Source: Collinsella sp. (GTDB lineage Bacteria; Actinomycetota; Coriobacteriia; Coriobacteriales; Coriobacteriaceae). Taken from it: 64,000 nt of DNA. The notes under the pieces are model-generated. The model searched no databases. It saw only the letters and a program-made list of their open reading frames with translations, and was not told the DNA's origin. Below are positions 51,962-61,428 of this stretch, piece by piece. The translations under genes were made by a program, and so were the position numbers. Where the stretch lies: positions 31,114-95,113 of the forward strand of contig DXLS01000004.1 in assembly GCA_019414605.1 (NCBI GenBank). The letters are read 5' to 3'. Each line of letters begins with the position of its first letter. Positions within the stretch are counted from its first letter, which is position 1.

Positions 51962-51999
51962 AAGCGGGGCCGCTGGCGATATTGCCAACGGCCCCGCTT
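51962..51999. terminator. Hairpin between convergent genes
   Basis: AAGCGGGGCCG-loop-CGGCCCCGCTT. Confidence 0.6.
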
Positions 52000-52020
52000 G
52001 TTTCGCTCCAGTATGTTCGG

Positions 52021-54702
52021 CTAGTCCTCGAGCAGGTCCTCGATAAAGCCGACGCGGTAGTTTTTGAAGATGACCTCGCCGCCGTCTTGCGTGGCGTCCA
52101 GATCGACATCGCCCATGATGCCAAAGTCGTGGTCGCCATCCTCGTCGGCAAAGATCTGGCGCACGTGCCATACGTGCGCGGTCTTCTCGTCGGACTCATC
52201 GATGGAAAACATCACGGCGCTGCGGGCATCTCCGTCGGTGAGGATTTCCTCGTGCTGCTCGTGGTAAGCGTCGAGTGCTTTTTGCCAGCGGATCTCGCTC
52301 ATGCCCCAGTCGTCGTCGAGCTCGCCCAGGTCGCGAACGTGCTCGCGGGCGGCAAGGGTCACGCGGCGGAAGAGCGCGTTGCGCACCAACAGCGTGCAGC
52401 CGCGGCGGTCCGCCACGACCTCGTCGATGCCCTGCGGCGGCGTGGTGTCGAGGGCTGCCGGGTTGCCAGCGTTCTCCCACTCGTCCACCAGGCTCGAGTC
52501 GACCGAGCGCACCACAAAGCCCAGCCACGAGATAATGTCGCGCAGGCGCTCGTCGCGCTTCTCGATGGGTACGGTGCGGTCGAGCGAACGGTAGGCCTCT
52601 GCCAGGTAGCGCAGCAAAATACCCTCGGAGCGGGCGATGCCGAGCTTTTGAATGTAGCCCTTAAAATCGCTCGCGCTTTCCAGCATATCGCGCAGAACGC
52701 TCTTGGGAGAGAGCTGATAGTCGTTTGCCCAGGGTACTTCCTGGCAGTACTTGTCAAAAGCGGCGTCGAGCAAATTCTCGAGCGGCTTTTCGTACGTGAC
52801 GTCTTGAATGCGCTCCAGACGCTCCTCATATTCGATGCCGTCGGCCTTCATCTCGGCCATAGCGCGATCGCGTGCTGCGCGCTCCTGTGCGCGCAGCACC
52901 TGCTTGGGATCCTCGAGCGTTGCCTCGACCATTGAGATTAAGTCCATGGTATAGGTCTCGCTCTCGGGATCGAGCAGCTCCAACGCGGCAAGCAAGAACG
53001 GCGAGAGCGGCTGATCGAGCGCGAAGTCCTCGGGCAGATCGACCGTCAGCGCATAGTCGATGTCTGGTGCGGCGTCAGCCGGGGCATCGGGTGCGGGCGG
53101 CACCTCGGCGCGCACGACGACGCCGGAATCGATGAGCGTGGCGAAGATTTCGTCGGCGCGAACCTCGAGCTTGGCCTTTTCCTCGGGCGTTTGCAGGCTT
53201 GTCTCGATGAGGTCGTGCACGCGGGCTCGCGCATCGCCGCCCTGCTCGACCACGCTAATCACCATGGAGTGCGTGATGCGCAGGCGCGGCTTGAGCGTTT
53301 CTGGCTGCGTCTCGATCAGGCGCTCAAAGGTCTGCTTATTCCAGGTGACAAAGCCCTCGGGTGCCTTCTTCTTTTTAATCTTACGGAGTTTTTTGGGGTC
53401 GTCGCCCGCTTTGGCCATAAGCTTGGCATTCTCGATCTCGTGCTCGGGTGCCTCGGCAATCACCATGCCCTCGGTATCGAAGCCCGAGCGGCCGGCGCGA
53501 CCGGCAATCTGATGAAACTCGCGGGCGCGCAGACGACGCATCTTGTAGCCGTCGAACTTGGTGAGCGCGGTGAGTACCACGGTGTGGATGGGTACGTTGA
53601 TGCCGACGCCGAGCGTATCGGTGCCGCAGATGACGGGCAACAGGCCCTGTTGTGCCAAGCGCTCGACCAGCAGACGATAGCGCGGCAACATGCCAGCATG
53701 GTGCACGCCGACGCCGCATCCGAGCAAGCGCTTAAGAATCTTGCCAAAGGCCGTGGAGAAGCTCGTGCCTTTGGCAGCTTCCTTAATGGCCTCGCGCTGC
53801 GCCTTGCTGGCGATGCCAAAATTGGCGAGCGACTGCGCCGTCGCAAGGGCGGCATCCTGGCTAAAGTGCACGATATAGAGCGGGGCCTCGCCACGGCGCA
53901 TGGCGAGCTCGACGGTGCCCTCGAGGGAGGTCGTCACATAGTCGTAGCTCAGCGGAACAGGACGCGGGGCGTCGACAACCAAGTCGCAAGCAGCGCCGGT
54001 GTGCTCCTCGAGTGAGGCGGCGATGGCAGTGACATCGCCGAGCGTGGCGCTCATGAGCATAAACTGCGTGTGGGGCAGGGTGAGCAGCGGCACCTGCCAG
54101 GCCCAACCGCGGTCGGGGTCGGCAAAGTAGTGGAACTCATCCATGGCCACGCAGCCCGCATCGGCGTCCTCACCCTCGCGCAGCGCATCGTTAGCAAGGA
54201 TTTCGGCCGTGCAGCAGATGACGGGTGCCTTGGTGTTGATATGCGTGTCGCCGGTGATCATGCCGACGTTATCGCGGCCGAGCACCTGCACAAGGTCGAA
54301 GAACTTTTCGCTGACCAGGGCCTTGATGGGGGCCGTGTAATAACAACGCTTACCCTGCGCCATGCCCATAAAGAGCATACCCAGCGCGACGAGCGATTTA
54401 CCCGATCCGGTCGGTGTGCCTAAGATGACGTGATCGCCGGCTGCCAGGTCCATGAGGGCCTCTTCTTGGTGATCCCACAGTTCAATACCGCGATCGCTCG
54501 TCCATTCAAAGAAACGCTCGAAGGCCTGGTCGGGCGTGAGCCATGGCTCGGGCTCACTGCCATCCTCGGGCTCCCACCAGGTGGGGGAGAGCGCGCCGAG
54601 CGAGCCAAACTCGGCTTCGGTTCCCGTGCCGCCCGAGAATGAGCTGGCGGCGCCGGCGCCGGAGACGGTGCTGGCGGCGGTATCTGTCGTGGTCTGTGCC
54701 AT
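52021..54702 (-). CDS. Ski2/HelY-like DEAD/DEAH-box helicase with a long C-terminal (DUF3516-like) region
   Basis: 893 aa with GTPTGSGKS (motif I), DEFH (motif II), SAT and the helicase C motifs. Confidence 0.85.
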   Translation of the reverse strand: MAQTTTDTAASTVSGAGAASSFSGGTGTEAEFGSLGALSPTWWEPEDGSEPEPWLTPDQAFERFFEWTSDRGIELWDHQEEALMDLAAGDHVILGTPTGSGKSLVALGMLFMGMAQGKRCYYTAPIKALVSEKFFDLVQVLGRDNVGMITGDTHINTKAPVICCTAEILANDALREGEDADAGCVAMDEFHYFADPDRGWAWQVPLLTLPHTQFMLMSATLGDVTAIAASLEEHTGAACDLVVDAPRPVPLSYDYVTTSLEGTVELAMRRGEAPLYIVHFSQDAALATAQSLANFGIASKAQREAIKEAAKGTSFSTAFGKILKRLLGCGVGVHHAGMLPRYRLLVERLAQQGLLPVICGTDTLGVGINVPIHTVVLTALTKFDGYKMRRLRAREFHQIAGRAGRSGFDTEGMVIAEAPEHEIENAKLMAKAGDDPKKLRKIKKKKAPEGFVTWNKQTFERLIETQPETLKPRLRITHSMVISVVEQGGDARARVHDLIETSLQTPEEKAKLEVRADEIFATLIDSGVVVRAEVPPAPDAPADAAPDIDYALTVDLPEDFALDQPLSPFLLAALELLDPESETYTMDLISMVEATLEDPKQVLRAQERAARDRAMAEMKADGIEYEERLERIQDVTYEKPLENLLDAAFDKYCQEVPWANDYQLSPKSVLRDMLESASDFKGYIQKLGIARSEGILLRYLAEAYRSLDRTVPIEKRDERLRDIISWLGFVVRSVDSSLVDEWENAGNPAALDTTPPQGIDEVVADRRGCTLLVRNALFRRVTLAAREHVRDLGELDDDWGMSEIRWQKALDAYHEQHEEILTDGDARSAVMFSIDESDEKTAHVWHVRQIFADEDGDHDFGIMGDVDLDATQDGGEVIFKNYRVGFIEDLLED

Positions 54703-54800
54703 GTGTTTGCTTTCTCTCGCGATTGTCCGCCAACTATTATGGCGTAGCGGCGGCGCGGAGCGGCAGCGCGCGAGAAAATGCAGGAAATGGGCGTGCGGTG

Positions 54801-55640
54801 CTAGCGTTCCTGAGGCAGGCGCTTCTTGCCTTTCCGGGCACGGTTTCTAAAGTTCTCGACGGCCTCTTCCATGCCGAGAGGCACGTAGGTGAGCTCATCG
54901 AGGTTATCGGGCAGGTAGCAGGCAAGGCTTTGCTCCTGCATGCGGCCCGCCGTGAGCTGTTCGTCGGTTGGCTGCGCACCGGGTGTGGCGCAAATGCCAT
55001 AGACGACGGCGCCCATCTCGCGCGTGCGGCATTCATATTCGGTCTCGGGATGCTCGGGATGGTCGCGGCGTACGTCGTCACTTACCCAAAGCGTGTCGTA
55101 GCCGGCCGCGGCAAACTGCCCCAGGGCGTAGTCGCGCAATGGCTTGCTGTCGGTGCGCAGCGTGACGGTGGCGTCGGCTGCAAAGAGCGAGCGATAGAGC
55201 ATTAGATGGTCGACATGGACGAGTCGTTTTTTGGCGTACTTGGCCTTGGGCTGCGGCGTGGGAAAGTTAATGGTGATGGCATTGAGCTCGCCTGCGGCAA
55301 ACAGCTGCGGCAGCGATGCGGCGCCTCGGGGCAGGACGAGTGCGTTGGATAGCTCCTGCTCGCAGATTTTCTGTGCGGCATAGGCGATGCAGATGGGCTC
55401 CTGGTCCATGCCGATAAAGAGGGTGTTTGGCTCGTGGGCCGCGCGCTCTACAAGGTACGTTCCCTTGCCACAGCCAAGATCAAGGTGAAGGTGTTCGAAG
55501 GGCTTGCTGCCAGCTGGCGCACAGGCCTTGCGCCAATCTCCGGCATAGGCCTCGGGGTTCGTCTCAATCGCATCGGCGTAGCGCTCCAGGCGCTCCTCGA
55601 GCACAAAGTTCTTAGGCGTGCGAACGTGGACGGCTCCCAT
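54801..55640 (-). CDS. trmB: tRNA (guanine-N7)-methyltransferase-like protein
   Basis: 279 aa. LDLGCGKG...IGMD...INFPTPQPKAKYAKKRL resembles TrmB (FPDPWPKKRHHKRR). It has a C-terminal extension. Confidence 0.7.
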   Translation of the reverse strand: MGAVHVRTPKNFVLEERLERYADAIETNPEAYAGDWRKACAPAGSKPFEHLHLDLGCGKGTYLVERAAHEPNTLFIGMDQEPICIAYAAQKICEQELSNALVLPRGAASLPQLFAAGELNAITINFPTPQPKAKYAKKRLVHVDHLMLYRSLFAADATVTLRTDSKPLRDYALGQFAAAGYDTLWVSDDVRRDHPEHPETEYECRTREMGAVVYGICATPGAQPTDEQLTAGRMQEQSLACYLPDNLDELTYVPLGMEEAVENFRNRARKGKKRLPQER

Positions 55641-55758
55641 GAGGCTCCTTGGTCATAAGTATGGAACGCATAGCTGCACGTTCCGTCAATGGGTTGAAAA
55701 AGGGTGGGCGCAATGTGCCCGAAAGTTGCGGTGCGGCTCGGCGACGAGTCGTCAATGC

Positions 55759-56679
55759 CTACAGGCGCTTAAGAATCACATAGCGGTTGAGCTCGCCGCT
55801 GCGACCGTCGGCATGGAAACGCTCAAGCTCGCGCACGGGGACCTCGCCGCTCTTGTAGAACGTACGGACGCCGCGCACCAGGTCGGTGATCTGCTGATCA
55901 TCAAAGTGATGGCAATAACGGTAGGCGTGACGGTCGTTTTGCCAGCCAATGAGGTGGTCGCCGGCTTCAAACTGCGCGGAATCGTAACCCTCAAACGGCG
56001 GGGTGAGCTCGGCGCGGGCTTCGGCGCGAACGGCCTTGCGCGCCATGCGCTCGTCGTTCATAAACTCCCAAAAACTGATGGCGATGATGCCACCCGGGCG
56101 CGTTTGGCGCACCAAGGCATCAAGTACGCGTACACGGTACTCGCACGACGGCACATGGTGCATAAAGCCAAAGCAGACCGAGATGTCGGCGAGCGGGGCG
56201 TCGAAAAGCACGTCGGGTGTCTCGGCGGGGTTGAGCTTCATAAGGGCGTCGAGTACGTCGAGTTCCTGGAAGTGCAGGTTGGGAATGCGCAGGGCGTGGC
56301 CGCGTGCATCGATGGCCAGGTCCTGGCACGAGTCGACACCATAGAACTCGAAGGGGCAGCTGGCGTCTGCCGAGGGGCTCGTGCCGTCCACGCCTTTGGC
56401 AGCCAGCGTGCCGCCGGCGGCAAAGTTCTCGAAGCGCATGTTGCCGCAGGCAAGGTCGAAGACGCGGACGGGATGCTCGATCGTGGCGACGTCGAGCTGT
56501 TCGAGCGCAATGTCCATGGTGCGCACCCAGCCGGGCCACGGGGCCTGACGCGTATCGGAAAAGGAGGCGGAGTGCTCGCGATAGAACGTGTTGTTGAGCT
56601 GGATGAGCGATGAGGCGAAATCGCGGTTCACGGCGCGGGACTCCCTCCGTTGGCGGTGCGGAATAAACAGTACGACCAT
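55759..56679 (-). CDS. Class I SAM-dependent methyltransferase (Trm9/ALKBH8-MT-like N-terminal motif)
   Basis: 306 aa. FYREHSASFSDTRQAPWPGW...VFDLACGNMRF resembles the Trm9-type motif (Y..iA..FS.TR..PWP ... D.GCGNGKY). Confidence 0.65.
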   Translation of the reverse strand: MVVLFIPHRQRRESRAVNRDFASSLIQLNNTFYREHSASFSDTRQAPWPGWVRTMDIALEQLDVATIEHPVRVFDLACGNMRFENFAAGGTLAAKGVDGTSPSADASCPFEFYGVDSCQDLAIDARGHALRIPNLHFQELDVLDALMKLNPAETPDVLFDAPLADISVCFGFMHHVPSCEYRVRVLDALVRQTRPGGIIAISFWEFMNDERMARKAVRAEARAELTPPFEGYDSAQFEAGDHLIGWQNDRHAYRYCHHFDDQQITDLVRGVRTFYKSGEVPVRELERFHADGRSGELNRYVILKRL

Positions 56680-56898
56680 ACTACCGTTAACGCCGCAACG
56701 GGGACAACCAAGCTACGGGTCATTGCTTTGTTTGGACACATTTCCGCAGCTCATATGCACCCGCAACCGCCGGTTGTCAAAAATCTCACTAGAATAGGTG
56801 GCATGCTTTTGGCGGTGGCGGATAGATTTTTAACTGTGCAAGGCGCCTTAAGAACAAAAACGGTCCGGCGGCACGGCTGGCATCACATAGGAGGAACC

Positions 56899-57621
56899 AT
56901 GAATGTAGAAACTGCGCAGCGGCTCGCCGACCTTCGTCGCAGCAAGGGTTTTAGCCAAGAAGGGTTGGCGCGAAAGCTGGGACTGTCGCGCCAGGCGGTC
57001 AGTAAATGGGAGCGTGCGGAGAGCTCGCCCGATACCGAGAACCTGATCTCGCTCGCAAAACTCTATGGCGTGAGTTTGGACGAGCTCCTCAATCCGAGTG
57101 ACGAGATCGAGGACGATATCGAATTTGAGAACGAGGACCGCGCCCGTCAGCGCGAGGCCGAGGCCGCGGAGCGTGCCCGCACCCATGAGGCAGCGGCGCG
57201 CGCCACCGAGGCGGCAACACAGGCGAGTGATGCCGCGGCCAAGGCGGCGCAGGCGGCGAGTTGGAGCGCGCAGGCTGCCAATGCGGCGACGGCTCAGGTG
57301 ACGGGTGCCGGTGCGACCAGCGTGACTCCGGTGAAAGGTCCGTTCCAGTCGTTCCCGTATTGGGCTGTGTGCTGGCTGCTGTTCTTTTTGCTGATGTTCC
57401 TGTTTGGCGCCGGCCCCTTTGCCGCACTGATCTTCTTTACGATTCCCATCTATCACTGGGTGGCGCGTGCGCTCGATGGTGATTGGGCGCGCGGGGATAT
57501 TCAGGTTGGTCCGGCACCGGCGGTCGCTATGACTAAGGGGAAGAACGTTTCCGCTTCGGTTGACGCTGACATGGCTGCCGCGGCCACCGCTGAGCCGATT
57601 GCCAAAGAGGGTGATGAATGA
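56899..57621 (+). CDS. Membrane-anchored XRE-family HTH protein
   Basis: Trimmed to ATG 56899, with GGAGG 5 nt upstream. The HTH is LADLRRSKGFSQEGLARKLGLSRQAVSKWE. An Ala/Gln-rich linker and two TM segments follow. Confidence 0.75.
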   Translation: MNVETAQRLADLRRSKGFSQEGLARKLGLSRQAVSKWERAESSPDTENLISLAKLYGVSLDELLNPSDEIEDDIEFENEDRARQREAEAAERARTHEAAARATEAATQASDAAAKAAQAASWSAQAANAATAQVTGAGATSVTPVKGPFQSFPYWAVCWLLFFLLMFLFGAGPFAALIFFTIPIYHWVARALDGDWARGDIQVGPAPAVAMTKGKNVSASVDADMAAAATAEPIAKEGDE

Positions 57622-58517
57622 TGAAGCTTTCGCATGAATCCAAGGTACGCTTGGGTGTTGGCATCGGAGCGTTTGTGCTTATCATCGGGCTTGTCTTTGG
57701 TGCTTCGCAGCTATTGGCTCATTCCGATATGGTGCGTACGACCGGTATTCTATCTGGAGATTTGTCTGATTTTGACGATATGTTTGACGACGATGATCTC
57801 TTGGATAGCGGTAACTATTCCGCTCGGCCTCAGCAGCTTTCGAGCGAAACGTTTGATGCCGACGCGTTCCAATCGCTCGACTTGGACGTGACGTCGGGGA
57901 CGGTCGAGGTTAAATGTGTCTCTGGCGGCCCGGTGCGTGTTATCGAAAGCGGTCGCGTTGCGAAGGGAACGTCTGCTTCTGATGCGGCTACCCGGAACCT
58001 TGCTGAGGTCAAGGGCTCTACGCTCAAGATCAGTCAGTTCGACTACGATGATAAGCGCGCGATTGACCGCACAATTACCATTGAGCTGCCGCGAGATGTT
58101 GCGGATAACCTGGTGGGCATTACGGCGAATGTAGGGTCGGGCGACCTGGCGGTCGCGGACATTGCGTGCCATGATCTGGTTATAACGTTGAATTCGGGAG
58201 ACGTTGAGTTTACGGGCACCGTGACCGACACCCTGAATGCCGAGGTCGGTTCGGGCGACATGACGTTCGATCTCTACCAGGCGCCCGCGAAGTCGATGGA
58301 CGTGAGTGTGGGCTCGGGTGATGTGGAGATGACGGTTCCGAACTCTACGGGCTTTAAGGCGAGCCTCACCTTGGGCAGCGGCGACTTCGAGAGCGATTTC
58401 CTTCCGCTTGACTACGACGGCGAGACCATTTTGAATCTTGAATTCGATAATGGCGATAAGTCCGCCACGTATCGTTTTGAGGTTGGTTCGGGCGACATGT
58501 CATTTGATTCAGAGTGA
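57618..58517 (+). CDS. DUF4097-like beta-strand repeat protein with an N-terminal TM anchor
   Basis: 299 aa with repeated GSGD(L/V/M/F) strands. It has an ATGA overlap with the upstream HTH gene. Confidence 0.7.
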   Translation: MMKLSHESKVRLGVGIGAFVLIIGLVFGASQLLAHSDMVRTTGILSGDLSDFDDMFDDDDLLDSGNYSARPQQLSSETFDADAFQSLDLDVTSGTVEVKCVSGGPVRVIESGRVAKGTSASDAATRNLAEVKGSTLKISQFDYDDKRAIDRTITIELPRDVADNLVGITANVGSGDLAVADIACHDLVITLNSGDVEFTGTVTDTLNAEVGSGDMTFDLYQAPAKSMDVSVGSGDVEMTVPNSTGFKASLTLGSGDFESDFLPLDYDGETILNLEFDNGDKSATYRFEVGSGDMSFDSE

Positions 58518-58564
58518 CGGGCGGTTATCGAAGACTTATAAACCATAGCTGCGCTGTTTGATGG

Positions 58565-58604
58565 AGGCGCCGGAGCCGTGACGGGCTCCGGCGCCTTTGC
58601 CTTT
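58565..58604 (+). terminator. Intrinsic terminator
   Basis: AGGCGCCGGAGCC-loop-GGCTCCGGCGCCT followed by TTGCCTTT. Confidence 0.65.
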
Positions 58605-58615
58605 ACAATGGGGGC

Positions 58616-60523
58616 ATGGAACAGATTATCTTGAACATACTTGAGGCCCTGCGTCGCGGCGAGACCGTGGACGACAAGGCGCTCGTCAAACTGATACATG
58701 CCGAGGCGCGCCGTGAGGGTGCCGACAAACGCGATTTGGCCAAGCGCCGTCTGCTGCCGTTCTACCAGCGGGTTAAACGTGAGGAGCCGGCTCGTTGGGC
58801 TGCGTGGAATGTCGATACCGAGCTGGAACGTCGACTGCTGCAGGTGCTGCGTATGAAGCCTCGTCGCACGGCTTCGGGCGTGGCGACCATTACCGTCATT
58901 ACCAAGCCCTGGCCATGCTCGGGCGATTGCCTGTTTTGCCCCAATGACCTGCGCATGCCTAAAAGCTATCTGCACGCCGAGCCGGCGTGCGCCCGTGCGG
59001 AGCAAAACTGCTTTGACCCGTATCTGCAGGTGAGCGCTCGTCTGACCGCGCTTTCGCAGATGGGGCATGCGACCGACAAGATAGAGCTCATCGTGCTCGG
59101 TGGCACCTGGAGCGACTATCCGCAAGGGTATCAAACGTGGTTTATGTCGGAGCTTTTCCGTGCGCTCAATGACGATGCCGTCGCCGGCGTGGCGGCAAAC
59201 CCCATGTTGGCGCGTCCGGGCATCAGCCGTGCCGAGGCAGGGCGCCTGCTCGATGACGCTCCCGCCGATGCCCTGCCGCCGGTGGTAACAGAGCGCCGCG
59301 AGCGCTATCGGGCTGCCGGCATTGCGACAGACGAGGCTGAGCTTGCTGCCGGCGTTGCCGACGAGCAGGGGCGTGTGGATGCTGTCGTTGGTGGCTATAA
59401 CCGCGCAGTGCGCCGTCTGTACGGCCCCGGTACGCCATGGGGCGAGGCTGCCGAGTGGCAGACGGCAACGATGGAGGAGCTTGAGCGTCAGCAGCGCATC
59501 AACGAGACGGCGAAGCATCGCGTGGTGGGGCTCGTTATCGAGACGCGCCCCGATGCCGTAACGCCGCAGGCCCTCACGCTCATCCGCCGCCTGGGTTGCA
59601 CCAAGATTCAGATGGGTATTCAGAGTCTTGACCAGCATCTACTCGATATCAACGAGCGCCGCATTTCGGTGGCGCAGATCGAGCGGGCGTTTTCGCTCGC
59701 GCGCCTGTTTGGCTTTAAGATCCACGCGCACTTTATGCTCAACTTGCTGGGCGCCACGCCTGATGGGGACAAGTGCGACTACGAGCGCTTTATGACCGAG
59801 GGCGCCTTTATGCCCGACGAGGTCAAGGTCTACCCGTGCGCGCTCATCGAGGGCTCGCGTCTGGTGGGCTGTTACGAGCGTGGCGAGTGGCGCCCCTATA
59901 CCGAGGACGAGCTGCTCGATGTGTTGGCCGACGACATCGTGGTGACGCCGGCGTTCTGCCGCATCAGCCGCATGATCCGCGACTTTAGCTCCGATGACAT
60001 CATGGTGGGCAACAAGAAACCCAACCTGCGCCAGCTCGTTGAGAACCGCTTGGCTGCTTGGGGTGACGGTGCGACGGTGCGTGAGATTCGCTATCGCGAG
60101 ATCAGCACGGCGGGCGCCGACCTGGACGAGTTGACCCTTGACGAGGAAGTGGCGTACGAGACGCCGGTGACGCACGAGCGCTTTTTGCAGTGGGTGACAC
60201 CGCAGGGCAAAATCGCGGGCTTTTTGCGCCTGTCGCTGCCCGACCGCGCGTTTGTTGCCGCGCATGCGGACGAGTTGCCGACGGTGTCGGACGAGGCGAT
60301 GATTCGCGAGGTTCACGTGTATGGCATGGCGGCGCGCGTGGGCGATCAAGGCCAGGCGGCGCAGCATCACGGGTTAGGGCGTTTGCTCGTAGAACGTGCG
60401 TGCGAGATTGCCCGGGATGCGGGTTATGCGCGTATCAACGTGATTAGCGCGATTGGCACACGTGAGTACTATCGTCATCTTGGATTTTATGACCATGGCC
60501 TTTATCTGCAAAAGGAGCTCTAG
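58616..60523 (+). CDS. elp3: Elp3-like radical SAM/GNAT enzyme
   Basis: 635 aa with CSGDCLFC (CxxxCxxC), ...PKSYL..., LGGTWSDYPQGYQ and a C-terminal GNAT domain (HHGLGRLLVERACEIARDAGYARI). Confidence 0.85.
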   Translation: MEQIILNILEALRRGETVDDKALVKLIHAEARREGADKRDLAKRRLLPFYQRVKREEPARWAAWNVDTELERRLLQVLRMKPRRTASGVATITVITKPWPCSGDCLFCPNDLRMPKSYLHAEPACARAEQNCFDPYLQVSARLTALSQMGHATDKIELIVLGGTWSDYPQGYQTWFMSELFRALNDDAVAGVAANPMLARPGISRAEAGRLLDDAPADALPPVVTERRERYRAAGIATDEAELAAGVADEQGRVDAVVGGYNRAVRRLYGPGTPWGEAAEWQTATMEELERQQRINETAKHRVVGLVIETRPDAVTPQALTLIRRLGCTKIQMGIQSLDQHLLDINERRISVAQIERAFSLARLFGFKIHAHFMLNLLGATPDGDKCDYERFMTEGAFMPDEVKVYPCALIEGSRLVGCYERGEWRPYTEDELLDVLADDIVVTPAFCRISRMIRDFSSDDIMVGNKKPNLRQLVENRLAAWGDGATVREIRYREISTAGADLDELTLDEEVAYETPVTHERFLQWVTPQGKIAGFLRLSLPDRAFVAAHADELPTVSDEAMIREVHVYGMAARVGDQGQAAQHHGLGRLLVERACEIARDAGYARINVISAIGTREYYRHLGFYDHGLYLQKEL

Positions 60524-61402
60524 ATGAACAAGCCGAGTGTTTCTGCCGGCGTCGTTGCCGGCGTTGCTCTGGGGGCCGCGGCGCTTGGCGCGGCCGCTGT
60601 CGCTGTCCGTGCTGCCTGTCTGCAGGTTGCGCGAACCCGCCATGGGTTGGCGCGTGTGAAACGCGTGCACGATGAGGGAGGCGACGAAGTCCGTGTATTG
60701 GTGCAAGGCGGCGTTTACCAAAGCGCAAGCTACGTTGGCGAGCGTTGGGCGGAGCCCGTCTTTGCGTACTATCGCGCGTTTGACGACGTGTTTGAGGCTG
60801 AGGACGCAATGCGTGATGCTTACGGGCATGGTATCGACCGTATGCTCATGCTGGGCGGCGGCGGGTTTGCCTATCCCAAGTTTGCACTGATGTCGCACGA
60901 GAGCTTGCGCATGGACGTCATTGAGTACGATGCCGAGATTACGCGCCTGGCGCGCCGTTGGTTCTACCTGGACGAGCTGGAGCGCACGGTGGGCGATCGC
61001 CTGCGAGTGATTACCGCTGAGGCTCGCTCGTATCTGGGCGTGACGAGCGTGGGTCATCGTCGCTACGACGTGGTCGTGAGCGATTGCTTTGGCGGTGCCG
61101 AGCCCGTACGCGAGCTGGCGACGGTTGAGGCATTGCGTTTGGTGCGAGGCAGCCTGAACCCCGGGGGCATCTATGTTGCCAATATCGTGAGTGCGAACAG
61201 GGGGAGCGACGTGACGTTCCTGCGCGATTGCGTTGCCGCGGCACTCGAGGTATTCGCCCACGCCTGGGTGGTCCCATGCGGCGACGCGGAGTTCGGCGGC
61301 GAGGAAAACTACCTGCTCGTCGCCAGTGACGGCGATTATGCCTTTGCCGAAGCCGTGCCCTTCGACGCCGACTTCCTCGGCACCGTCCTTCACGACAAGT
61401 AA
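60524..61402 (+). CDS. Spermidine-synthase-fold (class I methyltransferase-like) protein with an N-terminal TM segment
   Basis: 292 aa. The ATG abuts the Elp3 stop codon. It has MLMLGGGGFAYP (motif I-like), VIEYDAEI and DVVVSDCF. Confidence 0.65.
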   Translation: MNKPSVSAGVVAGVALGAAALGAAAVAVRAACLQVARTRHGLARVKRVHDEGGDEVRVLVQGGVYQSASYVGERWAEPVFAYYRAFDDVFEAEDAMRDAYGHGIDRMLMLGGGGFAYPKFALMSHESLRMDVIEYDAEITRLARRWFYLDELERTVGDRLRVITAEARSYLGVTSVGHRRYDVVVSDCFGGAEPVRELATVEALRLVRGSLNPGGIYVANIVSANRGSDVTFLRDCVAAALEVFAHAWVVPCGDAEFGGEENYLLVASDGDYAFAEAVPFDADFLGTVLHDK

Positions 61403-61428
61403 GTCTCTCCGTCCCAAAAAGACGGGTC

